A stretch of 61,892 nucleotides of DNA from an uncultured Methanosarcinales archaeon (lineage in GTDB: Archaea > Nanobdellota > Nanobdellia > Woesearchaeales > GW2011-AR4): contig CAYXMT010000001.1 in assembly GCA_964466175.1 (NCBI GenBank), positions 1 through 61,892 on the forward strand. The letters are read 5' to 3'. Made by a program: the position numbers and the translations under genes. The notes under the pieces are model-generated. The model worked only from the letters and a program-made list of their open reading frames with translations, did no database searches and was not told the origin of the DNA. This document shows positions 54,345 to 61,892 of the stretch, in pieces (the stretch's first letter is position 1; each line of letters starts with the position of its first letter).

Positions 54345-55187
54345 TCAAAACCCTCTCTTAATCTCCATAGCCTTCAAAGTATTATCCAGCAGCATAGCAA
54401 TTGTCATTGGCCCTACACCACCTGGAACAGGAGTAATATATCCAGCAACTTCTTTTACATTATCAAAATCAACATCTCCGACAATACCTGAAGGAGTTCT
54501 GTTAATCCCGACATCAATAACTATTGCGCCTTTCTTTACCATATCTTTCTTAATCAGCTTTGCTTTGCCAACAGCCGCAATAAGAATATCAGCATTTTTT
54601 GTATACTCCTTGAGATTTTTAGTTCTTGAATGGCATATAGTTACTGTACAATTTTCCTGTAATAAAAGTAAAGCAGCTGGTTTTCCTACAATAGATGATC
54701 TGCCAACAATAACTGCATTTTTTCCTTCTAATTTAACTCCAGTTGACTTAATTAATTCTAAACAGCCTTTGGGAGTTGCAGGCACCATGATATTATTATC
54801 ATTAATCAGATTTCCCAAACTTAAAGGAGTAAATCCATCAACATCTTTCTGGGGAAGTATCCCATCTACTACAAAAGTTTCATTAATATGCTTAGGCAAA
54901 GGCAGCTGCACAATAAAACCATGGATTTTTTTATCCTGGTTCAATTCATCGACAATTTTCACCAATTCATTTTGCGATGCATTCTCTTCAAGATTAAATC
55001 GCTTGACATAAAAACCGATTGATTTGGCTTTTTTCTCCTTGCTGTTGACATAAATTTCAGAAGCAGGATTAGAACCAACCTTAACTATTGCCAGTCCTGG
55101 TTTTCCAGTAAGCTTCTCAACTTTTTTCTTAATATCTTCAAGAAACTTACCTGAAACTTCCTTCCCATCAATTATCTTTGCAGTCAT
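54345..55187 (-). CDS. folD: Methylenetetrahydrofolate dehydrogenase/cyclohydrolase
   Basis: 280 aa; GRSSIVGKPAALLL, PVPGGVGPMTIAML. Confidence 0.9.
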   Translation of the reverse strand: MTAKIIDGKEVSGKFLEDIKKKVEKLTGKPGLAIVKVGSNPASEIYVNSKEKKAKSIGFYVKRFNLEENASQNELVKIVDELNQDKKIHGFIVQLPLPKHINETFVVDGILPQKDVDGFTPLSLGNLINDNNIMVPATPKGCLELIKSTGVKLEGKNAVIVGRSSIVGKPAALLLLQENCTVTICHSRTKNLKEYTKNADILIAAVGKAKLIKKDMVKKGAIVIDVGINRTPSGIVGDVDFDNVKEVAGYITPVPGGVGPMTIAMLLDNTLKAMEIKRGF

Positions 55188-56548
55188 TTTAAAATGTCAA
55201 AACCAGGATACAGAGGAAATTTCTTGCACAACTCAATTACCTCATTTTTTATTTTCCCCAGGTTCTCATTTCCATTGATTTTTCCCCTGGCTTCCTTTAA
55301 ATAAACTTTTCTTTCTTCTTTATCCTCTGGTAAATCAAAGTCTTTAATTTCTTTTATAACATCAGCTATCCATTTTCCTATTGTTTCCATTTCTTTTTCT
55401 TTCATTCCTCTTGTTGTTAATGAAGGAGTCCCAAGCCTTACACCGGAAGGATAAAATGGACTGGAAGGATCAGCAGGAATTGTATTCTTGTTTACAGTTA
55501 TACCTGCTAAATCTAATGCGTCCTGCACAAAAACACCCTTGCCTTTTCCAAATGGAGTTAAATCAATAAGAACCATGTGATTATCAGTTCCGTCAGTAAC
55601 AAGCTTCATTCCATTGTCCATAAGGCTTTTTGCCAAAGCTCTGGAATTTTTAACAATCTGCTTGCAGTAATCCTTAAATTCCGGCTGCAATGATTCCTTT
55701 AAGGCAACAGCAATTGCAGCAGTTGTATGATCATGAGGACCCCCTTGTAATCCTGGAAATATTGCTTTATCAATTTTTTTTGCCAGCTCCGGATCTTTAT
55801 CAAGACCTTTTTGAGTGACCATAATCATTCCCCCTCTTGGACCTCTTAAAGTTTTATGGGTTGTTGTGGTAACAATATGAGCATAAGGAACAGGGCTTTT
55901 ATGCACACCAGCAACAACTAAACCAGAAATATGAGCTATATCTGCTGCTAAATATGACCCAACATCATCTGCTATTTTTCCCAGCTCTTCAAACGGAAAT
56001 TCCCTTGTATAAGCAGTAGCACCAACCCATATTAACTGTGGCTTATGCTCTTCTGCCAGTTTTTTTATCTCATCCAGATTCAGATAACCATCATCCTTAA
56101 CATGATACAAAATACTTTTGAAGAACTGGCCTGTAACACTTGCTTTCCAACCATGGGTTAAATGCCCGCCATCTGTTAAATTCTGCCCCATAACCACATC
56201 CCCTGCTTTGCAGGTTGCAACGTAAACTGCAAAATTTGCCGGGCTCCCTGAATATGGCTGTACATTTACATGCGCAACTCCAAAGGCTTTCTTTGCCCTT
56301 TCTATTGCTATGATCTCAATATCATCAATAAACTCATTTCCGCCGTAATATCTTTTTTTCGGATAGCCTTCAGAATACTTATTAGTCAAAATAGAGCCCA
56401 TCGCCTGCAGCACGCTTTTACTTACATTATTCTCAGAAGGAATCATCTCCAAGCCTAATTGCTGCCTTTCCAACTCTTTTTTTATTAACTTATAAGTCTC
56501 AGTATCACTCTTATCAATAGAATTCATCATATCATTCATAAAAACCAC
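55184..56548 (-). CDS. glyA: Serine hydroxymethyltransferase
   Basis: SENNVS, TNKYSEGYP, TTTTHKTLRGPRGG. Confidence 0.9.
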   Translation of the reverse strand: MVFMNDMMNSIDKSDTETYKLIKKELERQQLGLEMIPSENNVSKSVLQAMGSILTNKYSEGYPKKRYYGGNEFIDDIEIIAIERAKKAFGVAHVNVQPYSGSPANFAVYVATCKAGDVVMGQNLTDGGHLTHGWKASVTGQFFKSILYHVKDDGYLNLDEIKKLAEEHKPQLIWVGATAYTREFPFEELGKIADDVGSYLAADIAHISGLVVAGVHKSPVPYAHIVTTTTHKTLRGPRGGMIMVTQKGLDKDPELAKKIDKAIFPGLQGGPHDHTTAAIAVALKESLQPEFKDYCKQIVKNSRALAKSLMDNGMKLVTDGTDNHMVLIDLTPFGKGKGVFVQDALDLAGITVNKNTIPADPSSPFYPSGVRLGTPSLTTRGMKEKEMETIGKWIADVIKEIKDFDLPEDKEERKVYLKEARGKINGNENLGKIKNEVIELCKKFPLYPGFDILK

Positions 56549-56574
56549 CGGGATATTTCAATTACGAGAGTTAT

Positions 56575-57372
56575 TTAAATAGTTTTTGCTAATAATCTTA
56601 AATTCCATACATCCGTAGAATACTTTTCTTTCTTTAATTTCTCAGCCAAAATAACTTCCTCATCAGTTAAAGAATCATCAATCATTTCAAAATTAAAGTT
56701 TTCCTTAAAACCATTTTTCAATGCAGAACTAAGTTCATTATATTCAATAATTTTATTCAATTCGTTTTTTAATGATGTAATCCTATTTTTTAAATTCTCA
56801 ATGTTGTCAAAACTATTGTCAGAATTAAATATTGAATTATTCTTATTGTAGTCAAAATCCATTAACAAAGAACCGTGCTGCAAAACCTTTCCTTCCATCC
56901 TTCTTTGCGCACTACCTGAAATTTTTCTGCCATTAACCAACAATTCATACCAATTAGAGCTGTTAAAGCATATAGAAGTTGCAATCTTTTCCGGAACTTT
57001 TTTTACTTCCGCTTCAATTCCAATTTTTTTAAATGTAGCAACTAATGCATTTGCAATCTCTTTATAGGATTCATTGATGTTATTTGATAATAAACCTGAT
57101 TTTTCTGGAACAATGAAGTTGTAAGTTATCTCTTTATCATGAAAGACTGCTTTTCCACCTGTAATCCGCCTTACAATCTCAATATTATTTTTTTTACAAT
57201 AATCTGCATTTATTTCTTCCATAACCTTCTGATTATAACCAACAGAAACAGCTTTTAGACTCCAGGAATAAACCCTTAATACAGGAATTTTAGAATTAAG
57301 CAATAGTGATTCATCTATAGCCATGTTGGTAAAAGCATCATTCATTCCCGTACCAATAAATCTGCATTTCAT
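56575..57372 (-). CDS. lplA: Lipoate-protein ligase A-type (BPL/LPL catalytic domain)
   Basis: RRITGGKAVFHD and GRKISGSAQRR. Confidence 0.75.
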   Translation of the reverse strand: MKCRFIGTGMNDAFTNMAIDESLLLNSKIPVLRVYSWSLKAVSVGYNQKVMEEINADYCKKNNIEIVRRITGGKAVFHDKEITYNFIVPEKSGLLSNNINESYKEIANALVATFKKIGIEAEVKKVPEKIATSICFNSSNWYELLVNGRKISGSAQRRMEGKVLQHGSLLMDFDYNKNNSIFNSDNSFDNIENLKNRITSLKNELNKIIEYNELSSALKNGFKENFNFEMIDDSLTDEEVILAEKLKKEKYSTDVWNLRLLAKTI

Positions 57373-57377
57373 TTTAA

Positions 57378-58283
57378 TTAATTATTATTTATCAATGAAT
57401 TCAACTTATCGGCCCTATATGAACTCCTTACTAACGGACCAGCTTCAACATGCTTAAAGCCCATTTCCATTCCAATTTCTTTTAATTCCTCAAATTCTTT
57501 TGGAGTATAATATTTTTCAATCTTAACATGCTTCATTGATGGCTGTAAGTATTGTCCCAAAGTCAAGAAATCAACATTATTGTTCCTTAAATCTTTCATT
57601 GTTTCAATAATCTCTTCTTTAGTTTCTCCTAATCCTAAAATTATACTCGACTTGGTTTTTATTTTTTCATCAATTTTTTTTAGTGTTTTTAATAATTGTA
57701 ATGATAAATCATAATCACCACCTTTCCTCACATTCTTAAATACACTTTTTACAGCCTCAATATTATGCCCCAAGACATCCGGTTTTGCCTCAATTACAGT
57801 TTTCAAAGCATCAACATTAAGATAACCTTCTTTCAATACTTTACTATTCATTGTTTTGAAATCTGGTATTAATAATTCTACTGAACATTTAGTTAATTTT
57901 TTAATTTCTTTTACTGTATCAGCATAAATTCCAGCACCGCCATCTTCTAAATCATCTCTTGTTACAGAAGTTACAACAACATACTTTAGCCCTAACTTCT
58001 CAACAGCCTCAGCAACCTTTCCAGGCTCATCTTTATCAAATTGAGTAGGCTTGCCAGTCTTAACATTACAATAACCGCAATACCTAGTGCATGTATCCCC
58101 TAAAATTAAGAATGTAGCAGTGCCATGGCTCCAGCATTCAGATAAATTAGGGCACTTAGCTTCCTCGCATATAGTATGTAATCTATTTGTCTTTACCAGA
58201 CTCTTTATTTTACCATATTTTTCTCCGGATGACAGTTTAATCTTAAACCAATCCGGATGTTTTCTTTGAGTCACTAATTCCAT
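57378..58283 (-). CDS. lipA: Lipoyl synthase
   Basis: CEEAKCPNLSECW and radical SAM CTRYCGYC. Confidence 0.9.
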   Translation of the reverse strand: MELVTQRKHPDWFKIKLSSGEKYGKIKSLVKTNRLHTICEEAKCPNLSECWSHGTATFLILGDTCTRYCGYCNVKTGKPTQFDKDEPGKVAEAVEKLGLKYVVVTSVTRDDLEDGGAGIYADTVKEIKKLTKCSVELLIPDFKTMNSKVLKEGYLNVDALKTVIEAKPDVLGHNIEAVKSVFKNVRKGGDYDLSLQLLKTLKKIDEKIKTKSSIILGLGETKEEIIETMKDLRNNNVDFLTLGQYLQPSMKHVKIEKYYTPKEFEELKEIGMEMGFKHVEAGPLVRSSYRADKLNSLINNN

Positions 58284-58843
58284 TTCAAAACCCTCTTTTC
58301 AGTTACAATAATATCCATAGGGACATCATACTTCTCTTCAGGAACTTTATCAATCAATTGTAATTCAAAAGCAAATCCGATTTTTTTAGCATCTTTTCCT
58401 AATTTTTTAAGAAACCTGTCATAATAGCCATGGCCATAACCAATCCTATAGCCTCTTGAATCAAAAACCATTCCTGGAACTATAACCAAATCAACCTTAC
58501 TAATACCAACTTTCCTAACAAATTCATCTTTCGGCTCCAGTATTCCCAAAGTTTTTGGCTCAAGATCATCAAAATCTTCCACTTCTGAAAGCTGCAATAT
58601 AGGATTATTTTTTTCAACATAAGGCACTATAATCTTTTTTTCTGTGCTATCTACTAATTCTTTAATTATTTCATGAGTATCAACTTCATTATTAAAAGAA
58701 ACATACACCATAATGTTCTTTGCTTCCTTAAACTCATCCAAAGAATACAGTTTTTCCTTTATTTTATTGCTTTTTTCCTTAGTCTCTTCTCTACTAAGAG
58801 CTTTTCTTTTTTCCGAAATTTTTAATCTAAGGGTTTGTTTCAT
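58274..58843 (-). CDS. 5-formyltetrahydrofolate cyclo-ligase
   Basis: VPGMVFDSRGYRIGYGHGYYDRFL. Start placed at ATG 58843. Confidence 0.75.
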   Translation of the reverse strand: MKQTLRLKISEKRKALSREETKEKSNKIKEKLYSLDEFKEAKNIMVYVSFNNEVDTHEIIKELVDSTEKKIIVPYVEKNNPILQLSEVEDFDDLEPKTLGILEPKDEFVRKVGISKVDLVIVPGMVFDSRGYRIGYGHGYYDRFLKKLGKDAKKIGFAFELQLIDKVPEEKYDVPMDIIVTEKRVLKWN

Positions 58844-58998
58844 TACTAGTAAAAAGTCTACTTCTGTATAAAAAGATTTCTTTAATATCAATAAAACAGC
58901 AAAATAAAAAAATTTAAATACCTCCTAGAAATTATTACCAAAAAAGAGGTGTAAACAATAAACCTCTTGATATAATTCTTGAGGTACGGGGTGGAAAA

Positions 58999-60447
58999 AT
59001 GACGCAAGCTGGTTCAGATTTAATTCAATTGCCTAAATCTTTCTTAACTGGAAACCCATTTTATGTTTTAGCAAAAATAGCCCCAGAAATTTTCAGGGCA
59101 GATGCTGGAGAATTAAGAGACCAATCCGATAAAATAAAATTAATAGCATCTGAAAACTATTCAACTCCGGCTCAAATGGCTGCAACTGGATCTGTTCTTA
59201 CAAATAAATATGCGGAAGGTTATCCGGGCAAAAGGTACTATGATGGCTGTGAATGGGTTGATGTTGGTGAAGCTGCAGCAATACAATGGGGAAAAGCATT
59301 ATTTGGCGCAGACCACATGAATGCCCAGCCTCATTCAGGTACAACAGCAAACCAAGCTGCTTACTTCGCAATTCTTGAACCCGGTGATAAAATTTTAAGT
59401 ATGGGTCTTGACCAAGGAGGACACCTAAGCCATGGTGCTCCAGTCAATGCAGTTGGAAACATTTACGATATTGTTAATTATCATGTTGATAGAACAACAG
59501 GGCTTATAGATTATGACGAAGTTGAAAGATTAGCAAAAGCAGAAAAACCTCAGCTTATAATTGCTGGTGGAAGTGCGTACCCAAGGATTATTGATTTTCA
59601 AAGATTTAGGGATATTGCAGATGAAGTTGGAGCTTACTTTATGGTGGATATGGCGCACTTTTCAGGCTTAGTGGCAGCTGGAGATGAAGTGCATCCTTCC
59701 CCTATAAATATTGCAGATATAGTTACATCAACAACCCAAAAAACATTAGGGGGCCCAAGGGGGGGAATGATTTTGTTGGGAAAAAATTATGAAATGGAAG
59801 TTCCGCATCCAAATAGGGAAAGAGATGATTATGTACCATTGCACGAAGCAATTGACTTTGCAGTCTTTCCAGGTATGCAAGGCGGACCTCTTGAACATGT
59901 TATAGCTGCAAAAGCAGTTGCATTTCGTGAGGCATTAAATGCTGAAATGACCGGGCCAGGTCAAGCATTTATTGACAGGCAACAGCTAACTCTGGATAGT
60001 GCTAAAGTTTGGGAGAAATTCTTTACTGATGAGGGTTACGATCTTGTTAGTGGAGGAACAGACACACATCTTATTTTGTTAAGAGAACCTCGGGGATTAT
60101 CTGGTATACGTGCATCAAGGGCTGCAGGTTTGGTAAATATGGTTACCAACAGAAATTCTGTACCTTATGATAAAAGACCCCCAGCTGTTACATCTGGATT
60201 AAGGATTGGAACTGGTGCAATCGCAGCTAGGGAGTTTACTCCAGATGAAGCTCTAGTAGTAGCAGAAACATTAGACGAAGTTCTTACAAATGTAAAATTT
60301 GATGGCAGAACACCCCTAATTTCAGATGATATTGTTGAAAGAGGACTAGCAACAGTTCAAGGATTATGTGATGATCATATTATTTATGCTGATGAGTTAG
60401 AGGTTATGAAATGGGTTGCAAGAGAGTTAAACATAAATCTAAATTAA
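58999..60447 (+). CDS. Divergent serine hydroxymethyltransferase paralog (higher G+C)
   Basis: ASENYSTPAQMAATGSVLTNKYAEGYPGKRYY...TSTTQKTLGGPRGG. The PLP lysine is kept and the preceding His is Gln. About 35 extra N-terminal residues. Confidence 0.75.
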   Translation: MTQAGSDLIQLPKSFLTGNPFYVLAKIAPEIFRADAGELRDQSDKIKLIASENYSTPAQMAATGSVLTNKYAEGYPGKRYYDGCEWVDVGEAAAIQWGKALFGADHMNAQPHSGTTANQAAYFAILEPGDKILSMGLDQGGHLSHGAPVNAVGNIYDIVNYHVDRTTGLIDYDEVERLAKAEKPQLIIAGGSAYPRIIDFQRFRDIADEVGAYFMVDMAHFSGLVAAGDEVHPSPINIADIVTSTTQKTLGGPRGGMILLGKNYEMEVPHPNRERDDYVPLHEAIDFAVFPGMQGGPLEHVIAAKAVAFREALNAEMTGPGQAFIDRQQLTLDSAKVWEKFFTDEGYDLVSGGTDTHLILLREPRGLSGIRASRAAGLVNMVTNRNSVPYDKRPPAVTSGLRIGTGAIAAREFTPDEALVVAETLDEVLTNVKFDGRTPLISDDIVERGLATVQGLCDDHIIYADELEVMKWVARELNINLN

Positions 60448-61743
60448 CTCCCCAACATGACTTACCCTTTTCCCAACCAATTCCTTTGTTCCAATATCTT
60501 TCCTATGGAACACTTTGCCTTTAACATTAGAAACAGCATCCTCAGCAATCTTCTCAGCTTCTTCTAAATTACTCCCAATACCTAAGAAAGCTATTGCCCT
60601 TGAGCCAGTCATGTACAATCCATCTTTCTTCTCATCAACAGAAGAATAATACATCTTTGCTTTTCCCTGTTTTGAAACAGAAACTTTCTCATTTTTAACA
60701 GGCTTGTCTGGATAGCCTTCAGGAACAACATACTTGCATACAGTTGCTTTTTTCTCAAACTTAATTTTAACCCTGCCAAGTTCCTGAACAATTATTGCCT
60801 GGCAAATAGAAGCAAAATCTGTTTTCAACAAAGGCAATATATTCATAACTTCAGGATCTCCAAACCTTGCATTATATTCAATTAGTTTAATACCTTGCTT
60901 AGTTAAAATAAATCCGCCATACATAACGCCTTTGTAATACAATCCGGTTTCTTTATTAATCGCGTCAGCAACTTTTTTTGTTATCTCTAAAGCTTCATCA
61001 ACATCCTTTTTCTTAAGGAAAGGAAGTAAATGATTTTCAGATGAATATGATCCCATGCCGCCTGTATTAGGCCCTTTATCATCTTCATAAGCCCTTTTAT
61101 GGTCCTGGACAGGAGGTGTAGCAACAACTGTTTTCCCATCTGTTAAGCACTGCAATGAAAATTCCTCACCATCTAATTTCTCTTCAACTATAACAGAAGA
61201 ATGTGTTTCTAAAACCTCAATGCAATATTTCAAAGCCTCTTCTTTTGTATCAAAATGGTCTCCTTGAACCTTAACTCCTTTTCCACCAGTCAATCCATCA
61301 GGTTTTACAACAACTTCCTCAGTTTCATTAAGAAAATCATTTAACTCATTAAGATTATCATGATTAATAACCTTGAACTTAGGGTTTCCATCAATATCAT
61401 ATTTTTCCAACAACTCCCTGGTAAAAGATTTACTTGTTTCTAACCTTGACATAAGCTTTGTAGGTCCTACTGAAGGTATTCCTATTTCCTGCAGCTTGTC
61501 AACAACACCATTATTTAAAGGATCTTCCGGACCAATAAAAGCAAACTCAACCTTGTTTTTTTCAGCAAATTTATTTATTCCATCCAAATCAGAATAATCG
61601 CCTATAGAAATATCCTCAGACAAAGAAGCAATACCAGGATTCTTTGATTTCATAAAAGAATATAGTTTAACAGATTTATTTCTCTTAAAAGCTTCGGCTA
61701 TCACATGTTCTCTTGCACCATTGCCAATAAGTAATATATTCAT
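60439..61743 (-). CDS. purD: Phosphoribosylamine-glycine ligase
   Basis: MNILLIGNGAREH...; ATP-grasp pattern. Start placed at ATG 61743. Confidence 0.88.
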   Translation of the reverse strand: MNILLIGNGAREHVIAEAFKRNKSVKLYSFMKSKNPGIASLSEDISIGDYSDLDGINKFAEKNKVEFAFIGPEDPLNNGVVDKLQEIGIPSVGPTKLMSRLETSKSFTRELLEKYDIDGNPKFKVINHDNLNELNDFLNETEEVVVKPDGLTGGKGVKVQGDHFDTKEEALKYCIEVLETHSSVIVEEKLDGEEFSLQCLTDGKTVVATPPVQDHKRAYEDDKGPNTGGMGSYSSENHLLPFLKKKDVDEALEITKKVADAINKETGLYYKGVMYGGFILTKQGIKLIEYNARFGDPEVMNILPLLKTDFASICQAIIVQELGRVKIKFEKKATVCKYVVPEGYPDKPVKNEKVSVSKQGKAKMYYSSVDEKKDGLYMTGSRAIAFLGIGSNLEEAEKIAEDAVSNVKGKVFHRKDIGTKELVGKRVSHVGELI

Positions 61744-61857
61744 CAAACCACCCAATAAACATTATTTTGACTCTATTTAAATTATTTTTGTTTCAAGCGG
61801 ACTATAGAAATCTTTATTAAGCCCTTTTACAAATACATAATAAAAAGAGGTTTGGTA

Positions 61858-61892
61858 TGGCTGCAATTGAAGTTAGAGAGATTAATAAGAAA
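61858..61892 (+). CDS. Start of an unidentified ORF running off the window (MAAIEVREINKK...)
   Basis: ATG 61858 preceded by AAAGAGGTTTGGT (SD-like). Only 11 codons are visible. Confidence 0.25.

Noticed and set aside
1-61892. Mobile elements, prophage, defence islands, CRISPR-Cas or toxin-antitoxin pairs.
   Set aside because: No integrase, transposase, Cas, restriction-modification or typical small paired-ORF signatures were seen. Apart from a few decayed genes, the window is housekeeping and metabolic.

Overview
This is an AT-rich (about 30% G+C by eye), very gene-dense archaeal chromosome segment. The archaeal assignment rests on the S13-S4-S11-RpoD-L18e-L13-S9-RpoN operon, S15P, ABCE1, an ATP-dependent DNA ligase, FtsZ, diphthamide genes and intron-containing tRNAs. 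The content fits a small-genome, DPANN-like organism with many bacterial-looking metabolic genes. Recognisable blocks, in order: ABCE1; an NAD cluster (nadM, nadE, later nadK); dph6, ribL, proB-like, proS, prs; thiamine genes (thiO, thiE, thiG, thiS); an acyl-CoA ligase and a radical SAM gene; a MacB-type ABC exporter with a COG1361-like surface protein and a small wHTH gene; cyclase, zwf and gnd; three CDP-alcohol phosphatidyltransferase domains in two genes; leuS; the r-protein/RNAP operon; a 640-aa protein with two nucleotidyltransferase folds; lig; nitroreductase; ftsZ; dph5; rps15; idsA-ispH; and a purine/folate/lipoate block (purH, purN, folD, glyA, lplA, lipA, MTHFS, a second glyA-like gene, purD). 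There is no rRNA, CRISPR array, transposase or integrase. All three complete tRNA genes carry introns, including tRNA-Ser with an 83-nt intron in the T-loop. The most interesting signals are non-coding. (1) Three G+C-rich intergenic elements share CGUGAAUU followed by a covarying 6-bp hairpin with a GA...GA-framed apex; one of them overlaps an anti-SD hairpin for rpoN. (2) The cyclase gene and ispH share a leader whose hairpin pairs the start codon, with a compensatory change that tracks ATG versus TTG. (3) A 12-bp x5 tandem repeat lies just upstream of the wHTH gene. There are also several decayed or frameshifted genes, mostly at homopolymer runs, and orphan tRNA 5' fragments. All calls come from reading the sequence and ORF translations by hand. 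No database search was run.
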